Shown here piece after piece: positions 1-8,918 of a stretch of DNA of 64,000 nt. The notes beneath the pieces were generated by a model. It searched no databases, was not told where the DNA came from, and saw only the letters and a list, made by a program, of their open reading frames with translations. The position numbers and the translations under genes are program-made. The stretch lies in IMG/VR virus record IMGVR_UViG_3300023184_000025, positions 62,001 to 126,000 of that record, one strand, 5' to 3'. Numbering within the stretch: position 1 is the stretch's first letter; every line of letters starts with the position of its first letter.

Positions 1-34
1 GCCCCTGGGGAAAATTATACCTCTACGCAAGTTT

Positions 35-484
35 TTATTTGGCACGATTGTTAAGATATTGTTCGTGTTGTATCCATTTATTTTTTACCAAGAATCCCCA
101 TTCACGTTTCTGTGTACCGGGCATGAACATGGTCCAACATTCTACACTAGGGTCTAGTTCAATGCGATGAAAACTATTAGCACTACAAGTGCGAAAATGA
201 CCAGGCTTCCGCCAATGTGCAATTTCTCCAACTTTCTCTCCTTGGTTATTAAACTGTGGAATCCATTCCCAGTAGCCACCTTTTAAAATGAGAGTGGCAT
301 AAGGCCAAGGATGGTCATGCACATCATCAGGATCTGATTTGAGAAACTTGTGTATAAAGATGTTAAATGGAAACCATTTCCTATCTTTGAGAAAAACATA
401 GTATCGTTCCAGATATGGTTCGTTGCTTTGTCGATCCAGAATCAATCGATACCGTCCTAGTCGATGCATGAGTGTTTTAATCAT
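35..484 (-). CDS. Cupin-like protein (HDHPW motif)
   Basis: HDHPW...FHRIEL cupin-type motifs; start moved to ATG 484, 6 nt after a -10 box. Confidence 0.6.
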   Translation of the reverse strand: MIKTLMHRLGRYRLILDRQSNEPYLERYYVFLKDRKWFPFNIFIHKFLKSDPDDVHDHPWPYATLILKGGYWEWIPQFNNQGEKVGEIAHWRKPGHFRTCSANSFHRIELDPSVECWTMFMPGTQKREWGFLVKNKWIQHEQYLNNRAK

Positions 485-490
485 ATATGT

Positions 491-519
491 ATTATACACT
501 AAAATAATTTATTAGTCAA
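491..519 (-). promoter_or_regulatory. Sigma70-type early promoter TTGACT-N17-TATAAT
   Basis: Consensus hexamers with 17-nt spacer. Confidence 0.8.
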
Positions 520-546
520 GTTTAATGTAGAGTTAAATATTGCACT

Positions 547-1206
547 ATGGAATTCTCCGCTACTAATTGGTTGACTTGGCAACGTGCTTCTAATGCTGTT
601 AATTTTTTGGATCCACCATTTAGATTAGGCAACTATTATCCAGATTGGTTCAAAAATCTTAAAGCTGACGTTAGACATTACTTGCCCCAAGGTCATATGC
701 AAAATAACACAGCCCGGGTATGTTTAGGCTTACGTGGTATCAATAGTGTGGGATGGACCATCATTGATCCAAAGTACCCATACATTGGCGGCGCCGTGGT
801 ATTCCATCCTGAGCAGTTACATGGTACCAAGTGGTGCGAAAAAGATTCTTCTGGTGAATATGTTTGGAAAATAGTCCTTAATGCATTACCCTGGAGAGCA
901 AAAATGGCTCCAGGATGGAGATTGATTGTTGGAGATTATCCATTGGCATTCAGTGAGGATTGGCATACATTTTCAGGTTGTGTGGATGCAAACTACAAGA
1001 TCAATGATGATGGCCAATTGGGATCCTTTTACAAATATGATGAGCCCATTGACCCCAACTTTAACTATTACAATATTGAATCAGTGATGGCTGTTAAACA
1101 GCACATGGTTGCTACTCCATCAGGAGCTGTGACTTTTTCAATCATTCCATATTATGATCCTGATTATCAGGCACCGATGTTCAAAGGCTATCCAAGTCTT
1201 GATTAA
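547..1206 (+). CDS. Hypothetical protein
   Basis: 219-aa ORF, TAAATA at 534-539, terminator after the stop. Confidence 0.7.
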   Translation: MEFSATNWLTWQRASNAVNFLDPPFRLGNYYPDWFKNLKADVRHYLPQGHMQNNTARVCLGLRGINSVGWTIIDPKYPYIGGAVVFHPEQLHGTKWCEKDSSGEYVWKIVLNALPWRAKMAPGWRLIVGDYPLAFSEDWHTFSGCVDANYKINDDGQLGSFYKYDEPIDPNFNYYNIESVMAVKQHMVATPSGAVTFSIIPYYDPDYQAPMFKGYPSLD

Positions 1207-1215
1207 TCAGTCAAG

Positions 1216-1242
1216 CAAAAGCCCTACTTGGTAGGGCTTTTG
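1216..1242. terminator. Bidirectional intrinsic terminator
   Basis: CAAAAGCCCTAC-TTG-GTAGGGCTTTTG between convergent genes. Confidence 0.8.
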
Positions 1243-1287
1243 GCAAATGTGTCCAGTTTGGGCTGGACAGCGAATCTAGATTCTAGA

Positions 1288-1557
1288 TTAGACTAAACCA
1301 AGGGCCAGAGCCTTGTAACCAGCGGCAACAATCTTGCGGCTTGGCTTGCCGAGTGCGTACTCGGTAACACGAATGCCATTACCGGCTGTGCGGCTGTTGG
1401 CATAAACAGCAAAGCCGTTTTGGCGGATGCGGCTTACTTCAGCACCCAAGTTACCAACGCCAAAGCGTTTCTTGGCCTCAGCTGGGCTGAGTGTTTCACC
1501 GCTTTGCAAGGCGCGGAAGACCTTGTAAGTTTTAGTAGTTTCGTTAAAATGTTTCAT
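1288..1557 (-). CDS. Small winged-helix/HTH DNA-binding protein
   Basis: LSPAEAKKRFGVGNLGAEVSRIR HTH-like pattern; SD AAAGG. Confidence 0.6.
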   Translation of the reverse strand: MKHFNETTKTYKVFRALQSGETLSPAEAKKRFGVGNLGAEVSRIRQNGFAVYANSRTAGNGIRVTEYALGKPSRKIVAAGYKALALGLV

Positions 1558-1612
1558 AGTTTTTACCTTTCAGATTTAAAATAATGATGTTTTGTTTTTG
1601 CATCATGTGCTT

Positions 1613-1641
1613 ATTATAATATGTTTAGCGTAGATATGCAA
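1613..1641 (-). promoter_or_regulatory. Sigma70-type promoter TTGCAT-N17-TATAAT
   Basis: Hexamers with 17-nt spacer. Confidence 0.65.
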
Positions 1642-1697
1642 TAGCGTTTGGCAAACTAAGTTAAAACAGTTTGCCGATTACATGGACAATGTTTATT

Positions 1698-1931
1698 TTA
1701 TGTCCACTTCAACAACGATATAGTGTAATCTTTTGGATCTGACCATGTAACCCATTCTATTTCGGCATCAACATTGAATCCGTTGATCTGCAAAAACTTG
1801 AGAGCTTCTTCTCGGGCCTGTAGTCGTTTGGTCTGATCAAAGTTGGCTAATCTTGCGCCAAATCTCTGATCCAACTCGGTGCGAAGTCTAGCAAAATTGT
1901 TAAGTTGGTGAAATCTAATGCGTTTGGTCAT
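1698..1931 (-). CDS. Hypothetical protein
   Basis: ATGA overlap with the upstream gene. Confidence 0.65.
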   Translation of the reverse strand: MTKRIRFHQLNNFARLRTELDQRFGARLANFDQTKRLQAREEALKFLQINGFNVDAEIEWVTWSDPKDYTISLLKWT

Positions 1932-2275
1932 ACTGTGATTTTAACGTGTTTACAGTCGCCGCGAAATCTAAAACCACTACAAGTACAAGAATAGGTTCCG
2001 TTAAGTTCTGACACTTTGTATTCATCACCTTTACTACCTTTTACAGTCCACACACGACCTTCAGGTTGTTCCTCTTTAGCCTGGAATTTCCATGAATTTG
2101 GCACTTCAACAAATTTGCGACCACGTACATCGAACCCAATGGGCTTTTTAAATCTAAATGGGGAGGCGGTGCCATGCCTTACATAGGCATACATTTTGCT
2201 TTTGGAATCATTTAAAAAGTAAACATGGTTTGGGAACTTATCGGCCCACTCGGTCACTTCAAGAAATGCTTTCAT
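1928..2275 (-). CDS. SWIM zinc-finger protein
   Basis: C-terminal CTC...CKH motif. Confidence 0.7.
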   Translation of the reverse strand: MKAFLEVTEWADKFPNHVYFLNDSKSKMYAYVRHGTASPFRFKKPIGFDVRGRKFVEVPNSWKFQAKEEQPEGRVWTVKGSKGDEYKVSELNGTYSCTCSGFRFRGDCKHVKITV

Positions 2276-2454
2276 GATTTTAACGTTACACTAGATTTGA
2301 ATACGCCACCTATTACCACTATGGCCAACCAAGTCTCAAACGAGTAAGGAATAGCCAGTGAAGGAAACAATGTATTCAATGACCAAATGGTTGCAACAGG
2401 GCCAATAACGACCAAAAATACAACGAATAGAATTGCAAGAAAAAGTTTTGACAT
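2272..2454 (-). CDS. Small two-TM membrane protein
   Basis: Hydrophobic 60 aa, SD AAGGA, coupled to the next gene. Confidence 0.65.
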   Translation of the reverse strand: MSKLFLAILFVVFLVVIGPVATIWSLNTLFPSLAIPYSFETWLAIVVIGGVFKSSVTLKS

Positions 2455-2458
2455 AAAA

Positions 2459-2617
2459 TTATCCTTTTATTTGATGACGGTATTCACGTTTAAGCCAATA
2501 TTTGTATTTGTGAAAATACTCTTTCATGGTCATACGTGGCTGGCCCCAACCATCGTGTTCGTCGCAGTTGTCTCTCCAGAGATCATTGAGCCATTGACGA
2601 AACGGTTTAGCAGTCAT
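2459..2617 (-). CDS. Small hypothetical protein (52 aa, not in the ORF track)
   Basis: MTAKPFRQWLNDLW...HQIKG; ATGA overlap; fills the gap exactly. Confidence 0.65.
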   Translation of the reverse strand: MTAKPFRQWLNDLWRDNCDEHDGWGQPRMTMKEYFHKYKYWLKREYRHQIKG

Positions 2618-2907
2618 ACTACCTCTAACATGTTAGCAGGAACTTTCCACAACCCAGTGGTCAATCGACCATTATTAGATTCACGAATTGTAATGTATTT
2701 GATAGCAATCTTTTCCACAGTACCAACAACAGTTACTCCACGTTTGGCACTGGTGAACTTTACGGTGCTACCAATGGTCACACTTCGTTTCTTTTGTTGC
2801 GTGAGTTGGACACGGGCAAATCGAATTGCATCACCAATGCTAACAAGCTCATCATTGGTAAATGATCCGGCAATAATTGCACTATTAATTTCTTGGATGG
2901 TAGTCAT
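2614..2907 (-). CDS. Hypothetical protein (C-terminal SH3-like beta barrel)
   Basis: SD AAGGA before MTTIQE. Confidence 0.65.
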   Translation of the reverse strand: MTTIQEINSAIIAGSFTNDELVSIGDAIRFARVQLTQQKKRSVTIGSTVKFTSAKRGVTVVGTVEKIAIKYITIRESNNGRLTTGLWKVPANMLEVV

Positions 2908-2915
2908 ATGTTTCC

Positions 2916-3122
2916 TTAACATTCAATATCAATATTACGACCTTTGTCTAGATCTAAACGAAGGTTTCTACTTACTCTCTCTGCAATGATTTGTTCAACT
3001 CTGCGTTCTTCAATCTTTTTAGCATAGTCTTCAGTTCGTTGTTTTTCCAGCCGATTTTGATCAATTCGATACTGTTCTAGATTGTGTTTTACAACACTTT
3101 GTTCTGCTCTTGAGATATTCAT
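2916..3122 (-). CDS. Hypothetical protein
   Basis: SD AAGGA; operon context. Confidence 0.6.
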   Translation of the reverse strand: MNISRAEQSVVKHNLEQYRIDQNRLEKQRTEDYAKKIEERRVEQIIAERVSRNLRLDLDKGRNIDIEC

Positions 3123-3134
3123 ACTTGCAATCCT

Positions 3135-3512
3135 TTACGCTACCTTGCGAAAATATTGGTAGGGCAGGCCCAGGTCGTAGCACAAGTATTCCCAATCACC
3201 ATTGGCTGAGCTAGATTGCATGATCCAGCGAAGTGCAGTCTCACGGTCACCAGCACCCATACAGATGGTGTTGATAACATGACGTTCAAACTTGTCGATG
3301 GCCTCGGCCTCAGAAGCCTTGCGAGCGATCTCTTCTTGCTCAATAGCTACACCAAGTCCTTCAAACTCAGCATCAAACTGCTCCAAAGTCCAAGTTGAAG
3401 TGTCAACACCACGTGGGCGAACACCGTAAGCGTCCTTGTACATATCCCAGTAAAGTTCCCGGGCTTGTTCTAGCTCTGACAGCTCGTCCCAAGATTTAAA
3501 TTCTGTAGTCAT
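3135..3512 (-). CDS. Hypothetical phage protein (YWDMYKDAYGVRPR motif)
   Basis: SD AAGGAG before MTTEFK; own promoter. Confidence 0.7.
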   Translation of the reverse strand: MTTEFKSWDELSELEQARELYWDMYKDAYGVRPRGVDTSTWTLEQFDAEFEGLGVAIEQEEIARKASEAEAIDKFERHVINTICMGAGDRETALRWIMQSSSANGDWEYLCYDLGLPYQYFRKVA

Positions 3513-3542
3513 TTGTGGCTCCTTATTTCTTACTATGTTCAT

Positions 3543-3571
3543 ATTATAGCAAATTGGGATTATTTGGTCAA
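3543..3571 (-). promoter_or_regulatory. Early promoter TTGACC-N17-TATAAT
   Basis: Member of a repeated promoter family. Confidence 0.85.
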
Positions 3572-3685
3572 CCGTTTTATCAACAACTGATTCAGGGTTG
3601 GTTTGAGTCCTAGCTTCTTACGGAGCAGTTCACCCAGAGTTGGCTTTTTGATTTTTGTCATCTTCTTTTGTTTTTTTGTTTTCAT
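3560..3685 (-). CDS. Highly basic 41-aa peptide (not in the ORF track)
   Basis: MKTKKQKKMTKIKKPTLGELLRKKLGLKPTLNQLLIKRLTK; ATG 6 nt after a -10 box. Confidence 0.55.
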   Translation of the reverse strand: MKTKKQKKMTKIKKPTLGELLRKKLGLKPTLNQLLIKRLTK

Positions 3686-3691
3686 GTTCTA

Positions 3692-3720
3692 ATTATAGCA
3701 AAAGGGCAATTATTGGTCAA
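3692..3720 (-). promoter_or_regulatory. Early promoter TTGACC-N17-TATAAT
   Basis: Repeated promoter family. Confidence 0.85.
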
Positions 3721-3950
3721 CCAAATGCTTTTACTAGCCCTGTGAGCCCAATAATTACACTTACAAAGTTAACAAACATCTGTGGTTTATTTGCAACACG
3801 GATTGTCCATATTAAAAATAAGATAGTTCCCACAAAAAATGTAAGGATATTGTAAGGATATGCCGCAGGTCCAACGGCGTTTAAGCTGTGGCCTGCAACA
3901 ATAAACAGGGCTCCAGCCCACTGTAGTATTTCGTTAGTATCTAATTTCAT
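3717..3950 (-). CDS. Small three-TM membrane protein (PnuC half-like)
   Basis: Three hydrophobic segments. Confidence 0.6.
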   Translation of the reverse strand: MKLDTNEILQWAGALFIVAGHSLNAVGPAAYPYNILTFFVGTILFLIWTIRVANKPQMFVNFVSVIIGLTGLVKAFG

Positions 3951-3956
3951 GTTATT

Positions 3957-3985
3957 ATTATAGCAAAATGGTAATTATTGGTCAA
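3957..3985 (-). promoter_or_regulatory. Early promoter TTGACC-N17-TATAAT
   Basis: Repeated promoter family. Confidence 0.85.
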
Positions 3986-4038
3986 CCAAAATTTGTTGTG
4001 AAAAAACAACAAGAATTTAATAAAATTTACCCATTTTG

Positions 4039-4068
4039 TGTCAACGATCTTGTGAGCGCAGGCGTTAT
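4039..4068 (+). promoter_or_regulatory. Putative ECF-sigma promoter TGTCAAC-N17-CGTT
   Basis: Same architecture at 49991-50020. Confidence 0.5.
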
Positions 4069-4119
4069 TATATTATACAGAGATAATTCTGTATATTTTA
4101 ACTTTAAAGGAAATTTACC

Positions 4120-4335
4120 ATGAAATTAGTCGCAACATTAATCGCTTCAGCATTTGCTGTCACTGCTTTTGCCGCAGAACCTGCCAAAAAAGAAGAAAAG
4201 AAAGCTGATGCCAAGCCTGCTGTTACAGCGCCGGCCAAGCCAGCACCTGCCGCAACTGCGCCAGCAACGCCTGCAAAAAGTGAGCCTGCTAAGAAGGACG
4301 CACCAAAAGCAGACGCAAAGACAGCCGCGAAATAA
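4120..4335 (+). CDS. Secreted Ala/Lys/Pro-rich small protein
   Basis: Signal peptide ending AFA, low-complexity body, SD AAGGA. Confidence 0.75.
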   Translation: MKLVATLIASAFAVTAFAAEPAKKEEKKADAKPAVTAPAKPAPAATAPATPAKSEPAKKDAPKADAKTAAK

Positions 4336-4499
4336 TCTAGAAGAAGATGATGACTTTGAGATCAACGACGAAGTCACATTTGGACGTAATCGCAGGAGTT
4401 CACAGTTTGGAAAAGTTATACACGAGGACGAAGACCTTTCCGATTATGTCCTAAATAGATTGTACTTGGCCAGGATGTTGGCCTTAAAAAAACGTCAGG

Positions 4500-4531
4500 A
4501 AGTTTGGGGGTAAAATCCCAAACTTTTTTTT
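4500..4531 (+). terminator. Intrinsic terminator
   Basis: AAGTTTGGG/CCCAAACTT stem plus T run. Confidence 0.75.
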
Positions 4532-4561
4532 GACTATTTTCTCAGTAGAAACCATTAGAGA

Positions 4562-4576
4562 TATTGCAACGCAACA
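4562..4576. promoter_or_regulatory. PhaR-like operator TATTGC-N3-GCAACA
   Basis: Near-identical to the palindrome at 11334-11348; abuts TAAATA 4577-4582. Confidence 0.5.
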
Positions 4577-4624
4577 TAAATACTCCGTAGAAACCACGAG
4601 TACCTACTGACAAGGACACATATA

Positions 4625-4801
4625 ATGACATATCTATCAAACAAAATGCTGTCTATCTTGGAACGTTTAAGTGAAATGTTCCCTGGTAGTAGTTACCAAA
4701 GCCGCTTGGAACAATATCTAAGCACCAAAGGCATTACCGATGCCGCACAGTTGGAAAATTATATCCGACATTTTAATTCTCAAAAGGAAAACTATCTATG
4801 A
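4625..4801 (+). CDS. Small protein, DUF3563-like (58 aa, not in the ORF track)
   Basis: SD AAGGA; RLEQYLSTKGITDAAQLENYIRHF. Confidence 0.6.
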   Translation: MTYLSNKMLSILERLSEMFPGSSYQSRLEQYLSTKGITDAAQLENYIRHFNSQKENYL

Positions 4802-4896
4802 AAAAAATCGTCAACACACTTTACAAAGGCTTAATTAACTGGGCCGAAACTATTGCCGCTTATCGCAACAGTAATGCCAGTAAACACTACTATTAA
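4798..4896 (+). CDS. 32-aa peptide
   Basis: ATGA overlap, SD AAGGA; MKKIVNTLYKGLINWAETIAAYRNSNASKHYY. Confidence 0.55.
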   Translation: MKKIVNTLYKGLINWAETIAAYRNSNASKHYY

Positions 4897-4897
4897 A

Positions 4898-4996
4898 ATG
4901 AACTTTATAGACACCGTAATAATGTTGCTACGCTGGAAGCAACAAGGGTGGGAAGTACATCCTGTTATTGATGATGACTTTACTGGCTGGTTTTAA
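4898..4996 (+). CDS. 32-aa peptide
   Basis: Starts 1 nt after the previous stop; MNFIDTVIMLLRWKQQGWEVHPVIDDDFTGWF. Confidence 0.45.
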   Translation: MNFIDTVIMLLRWKQQGWEVHPVIDDDFTGWF

Positions 4997-4997
4997 G

Positions 4998-5450
4998 TTA
5001 CAACAACCAACCTAGATCTAGACGCTGATGTATCCAGGGATAAATTGGCGTTTCAAAATCCATATACCAAATGCCATTCCAGCCCAGGTAATTGGCATGT
5101 ACGATCTTATCCTTGTTTCCTAGCCAATCGTCAGGATATGTTGGCTGATATTTAGAATAAACTTTGAAATCTGATTTGATATTTTGAAATCTAACAGAAT
5201 CAATAATCACTGCCATGTCTAGTTCTGGCGGCTGTATTTCTTTATAATTTTTATTAAAAAACTCAATGCTTAGTCTATGCTGTCCAGGATACACCGACTG
5301 TACAATTAGAAAATCCTGGCTATGTGAATCTGTAACTGTCCATAACACATGATCATCAAGCTTGATAGTATATTCAGGAACAGTTGTTACCATTCTTGTA
5401 CTGACTGAAAGATTAATTTTGATATCGTTTTTTTGCATAACCGTACTCAT
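4998..5450 (-). CDS. Hypothetical protein linked to radical SAM gene
   Basis: Overlaps the 3' end of the radical SAM gene. Confidence 0.65.
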   Translation of the reverse strand: MSTVMQKNDIKINLSVSTRMVTTVPEYTIKLDDHVLWTVTDSHSQDFLIVQSVYPGQHRLSIEFFNKNYKEIQPPELDMAVIIDSVRFQNIKSDFKVYSKYQPTYPDDWLGNKDKIVHANYLGWNGIWYMDFETPIYPWIHQRLDLGWLL

Positions 5451-6720
5451 CTAAAAATTCTGCTAGTTCTGGCACAAACTCACGCAAGTCATGTTCTCGC
5501 AATTGATCAAACTTAGTACAATAGTCAGTTAGCTCTTGTCTAACAGTTTCTATATTGACTCCAGTCTGGTACAACAATCCTATAACCATTTGTGCATGAT
5601 GGGATATTGATTCTACCACTCTTGATTGATTTCTAACATTAATATCGTGCAGTATATCTTTATCTTTAAGAATAAATCTTGACAGTCTTGATTTAATTAT
5701 TTCCTTAGCTGAATTAGGAAGGTAACAGGGTCTAAAAAACTCTGGACGATGCAGGACATTACTGTCAATAATAATAGAATGTTCTAGACAAAAATCTAAA
5801 AGTTTATCGTAATGCATCAGACTTAACAGTTGAGGAACTGAGCGTAATACTGTGCTAAATTTTTCATTGGTGCAAGCCAGATATTGTCGAATGTTGTCGA
5901 CAATCTTGTTAGTTTTTCCTGGGTATCGAATATAATCATTGCTAATATCAAGGTTTTCAATGCTGATTTCAATCTGCACAGATTTAAATTTTTCTAATTG
6001 TGTCATCAACTCAGGGTCGTAGATAGTTCCATTGGTTACAAAAGTCAGATGAAAATCTGTGTGATTGTTATTGCACAAGAACGTTATCAAATCTCTAAAT
6101 CGCTTGTGGTACAACGGTTCTCCGCCCATGACATGCAGACAAATAATATCATTGTTGTTTAACAAGTGATCACAGAATTTTCCCCAGGTGGGTGTATCGG
6201 TCCAGTCGTGTTTGATCGGAATACTGGAATCTCTTAGACCAATTTTATTCAAATCAGCGGCTAAGAGTGTGCTGTTAAATCCATCACACATTACGCAGGC
6301 CATATTGCAAATATTACTAAAACTGATATGATAAAATCTTGGACTAGATTTATCAGCATTAATAATTTTCCAAACAGGACTTTCTTCGGCGCTTTGTTGG
6401 AAATCCTGTCCCGGAAATATAGCAGCCTGCAGATTTCTGCGACTACGAAATGTTACTTCACTATGCTGATCTTCTTTATAACAACGATGACATCGGGCAA
6501 CAGAGTCTCCGTTGAGTATGTTTTTTCTTGCTGATTGAACTGATTTTGAATTTGAAAAATATTCATCCACAGTCATTAAATTAATATGCTCATTGCCCGG
6601 TAAGTCAGCACGATCAGCAAAATGACAAAAGTTCATTGTGCCGTCAGAATTGATCCTGACTTCAGTCCAGGGACTGATACAAAAAGTTTGTTGGTTGATA
6701 TTCAATTTATTTTGTTCCAT
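5413..6720 (-). CDS. Radical SAM protein with N-terminal SPASM/twitch-like Cys cluster
   Basis: CNMACVMC, GGEP, TNG motifs. Confidence 0.85.
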   Translation of the reverse strand: MEQNKLNINQQTFCISPWTEVRINSDGTMNFCHFADRADLPGNEHINLMTVDEYFSNSKSVQSARKNILNGDSVARCHRCYKEDQHSEVTFRSRRNLQAAIFPGQDFQQSAEESPVWKIINADKSSPRFYHISFSNICNMACVMCDGFNSTLLAADLNKIGLRDSSIPIKHDWTDTPTWGKFCDHLLNNNDIICLHVMGGEPLYHKRFRDLITFLCNNNHTDFHLTFVTNGTIYDPELMTQLEKFKSVQIEISIENLDISNDYIRYPGKTNKIVDNIRQYLACTNEKFSTVLRSVPQLLSLMHYDKLLDFCLEHSIIIDSNVLHRPEFFRPCYLPNSAKEIIKSRLSRFILKDKDILHDINVRNQSRVVESISHHAQMVIGLLYQTGVNIETVRQELTDYCTKFDQLREHDLREFVPELAEFLDEYGYAKKRYQN

Positions 6721-6748
6721 TGTTGTTACTTATCGTGGTAAATATAGG

Positions 6749-8326
6749 ATGCGAGACTTAATCAATATTCTAGATAACTTTGTGTTTGAAGCACGTGGTC
6801 TTAGTGCCAGAAATCCCGGCGATGAGTTTGTACGTACCGGATCCACTGATGATAAGGACAAAATTGTTTTTCAAGGCATGCAATTTTACCCAGATCCGGG
6901 AAAATATCCCAGTTACGAAGATATGATCGCGGCGTTTGATCAAGTACAACGATCAATCAAACACCCAATTGAAAAAATTAATCAACCGTCTGCACGTACA
7001 CTGGCATTTGCAATTGCACAATTTGATACTGCTGTTGGTCGTAGATATCTTGCCAAGTTTGCCTCGGACATTAAACCAGTACGCACCCAAAATACCTTTT
7101 TTCAAACAGTAGATATCCCTGGCGGATTTAATCAAGTTAGTGCAAGAGGCAGCAAAGAAAAAGTTGGATACAAGCCCAGCGATGTGTTAACTAATTTTAA
7201 GAGCCAAACTGCGGCCGGCATACTAGAACAAATTCGATCCAAGTTTGGCGCGGACAGCACTGAGTATCAGGCGGCAGCAATTTTTAACAAGTCCACACAG
7301 TTCCCAATTGTGGTTCCTGCAGGTAACATGGACTTTGGGGCTTTTCGAGATTATTTCTGCGAGATGTTACAACCTATTGCACTGATGAATAGCATGCCAG
7401 TCAAGGGCAACGCCGGTAAGGCCGCTGAACTATTTCTGGGTGGCAACTACAGTGATTGTGTTGTGTCATTCAATGAAGGTGTGGGCGGAGAACTCTATGA
7501 CAGTTTATTAGTAGCGCCAAATGGCAAACAGATTAAACTATCTAGTAAGGGCGCAAAAGGTGCAATGGCATCCAGTGTTAACTTACTCAAGAGTGTGCGT
7601 GAACTTGAAGCGGCAGGGATGACACAGTTTACTGAGCAGTATGCAGATGTAATTGATATCTTGGAAACCATCAACAAAGGCAATCACGACTCGGGACCAT
7701 TGAACCTTGCCATACAACTTGACATGATTGACAAAACTGAAGCACAACAGGTAATGACTTTAAAACAGTACGCTGGTGTAAAGGGCTTTGATATTGACAA
7801 TACCGACCTTACTGACAATCTCAAAGCAATCTACAAAGAACGCAAAGCTGATGATCCATCTAAAATTGTTCCGTTAAATCACCTGGTATCTAGCATTGCC
7901 TACAAAGTCTGTAACGAAATTAATTTAAAAACAAATTTCAGTGAAGCAGGTGCAGATATTCTCAACAACTCTGCGTTTGTTCAAATGTACACTGAAGCTA
8001 AAAAAGGCAAAGAAGAATTTATCATCACTGGGTTTACCACAGTATGGCCCAGCAAGTTGTTTACCGAAGTAACATTAGAAGCACAAAAGAGTTATTCAAG
8101 TACTTCAAGTTCAGGAGGCAAGCTGGTGTTTAATATCAACAAAGAACCTAGAGTAGAACTCAACGTAGAAAAGTCAGCTACTACAAATGCGCCAGGCGCA
8201 AACAAAGCCGGGGAGTTGGTAGACTATATTCCACCACGCAGTGATATCAAAGCGGCGGGTGATGTTGGCACTCCAAAGCACCCTGACCAGGCATTGGGTC
8301 GTAAGCGTCGCCCTGGTGGCCGTTAA
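6749..8326 (+). CDS. Large hypothetical protein, probably head-packaged; possible degenerate PD-(D/E)xK domain
   Basis: TAAATA 4 nt upstream of MRDLINIL; YDS...IKLSSKG motif. Confidence 0.6.
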   Translation: MRDLINILDNFVFEARGLSARNPGDEFVRTGSTDDKDKIVFQGMQFYPDPGKYPSYEDMIAAFDQVQRSIKHPIEKINQPSARTLAFAIAQFDTAVGRRYLAKFASDIKPVRTQNTFFQTVDIPGGFNQVSARGSKEKVGYKPSDVLTNFKSQTAAGILEQIRSKFGADSTEYQAAAIFNKSTQFPIVVPAGNMDFGAFRDYFCEMLQPIALMNSMPVKGNAGKAAELFLGGNYSDCVVSFNEGVGGELYDSLLVAPNGKQIKLSSKGAKGAMASSVNLLKSVRELEAAGMTQFTEQYADVIDILETINKGNHDSGPLNLAIQLDMIDKTEAQQVMTLKQYAGVKGFDIDNTDLTDNLKAIYKERKADDPSKIVPLNHLVSSIAYKVCNEINLKTNFSEAGADILNNSAFVQMYTEAKKGKEEFIITGFTTVWPSKLFTEVTLEAQKSYSSTSSSGGKLVFNINKEPRVELNVEKSATTNAPGANKAGELVDYIPPRSDIKAAGDVGTPKHPDQALGRKRRPGGR

Positions 8327-8898
8327 CGTGCTAGACGGCTGATACTATCGCAGATACCAAATGCAAGTGCTTCTTCTGCACTGAGCCAAACATCATGTGG
8401 TGGCAACAAGCATTGCTTGAGTTTTTCTTCATCAAGTCCAGTTGCCTGCTTATAAAGATTAACCATGCGTTTTTGGCACAGCTCAAATTCTTTAATTGTG
8501 GCAAACAATTCATGCGCTTTGCCTTCGGATCCCCAGCTGAACTGGTGACTTAGAATACTGGTATTTGGAGTTAGAAGTCTACGTCCAGGTGAGCCAGCTA
8601 AAAAGATCAATAAACCTGCTGAAGAAATTTGTCCTAACCCAACTGTTTTAATTGGGATATTGCTACTTTGCATAACATCAATTAGGGCAAAGGCAGATTC
8701 AACTTCTCCACCCTCGCTACAAATCATCAACAGCAATTCTTTTTTCTTTTTCTTAACAACATAGTTGGCATGCAAAATCCACTCGACTACTGGCTTAACG
8801 CTTTCGGTGTCAACTGGACCCATAAAGGCATACATACCAGCTTCAAGTAAGCTTTGTCCAGGGCTAATGTAATCTTCATCATCTTTAATTTGTGTCAT
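8323..8898 (-). CDS. clpP: ClpP-like protease subunit
   Basis: ICSEGG, GQISSAG, ILSHQ, DVWLSAEEA motifs. Confidence 0.85.
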   Translation of the reverse strand: MTQIKDDEDYISPGQSLLEAGMYAFMGPVDTESVKPVVEWILHANYVVKKKKKELLLMICSEGGEVESAFALIDVMQSSNIPIKTVGLGQISSAGLLIFLAGSPGRRLLTPNTSILSHQFSWGSEGKAHELFATIKEFELCQKRMVNLYKQATGLDEEKLKQCLLPPHDVWLSAEEALAFGICDSISRLAR

Positions 8899-8918
8899 GT
8901 AATTTCGCTCAAAAGAAA

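Noticed and set aside
1-30. GC-rich window edge as start of a tRNA/tmRNA on the minus strand
   Set aside because: Too little sequence inside the window to evaluate.
2387-2989. Long antisense ORFs in the track (e.g. 2387-2989, 9868-10287, 50294-50722, 54475-54942, 57980-58372)
   Set aside because: Shadows of well-supported opposite-strand genes with no start signals or motifs.
3543-3985. Recurring ~30-bp motif (also 36788-37908) as a CRISPR or attC-like repeat
   Set aside because: Only the -35/-10 hexamers and 17-nt spacing are conserved, and the intervals are whole genes; these are promoters.
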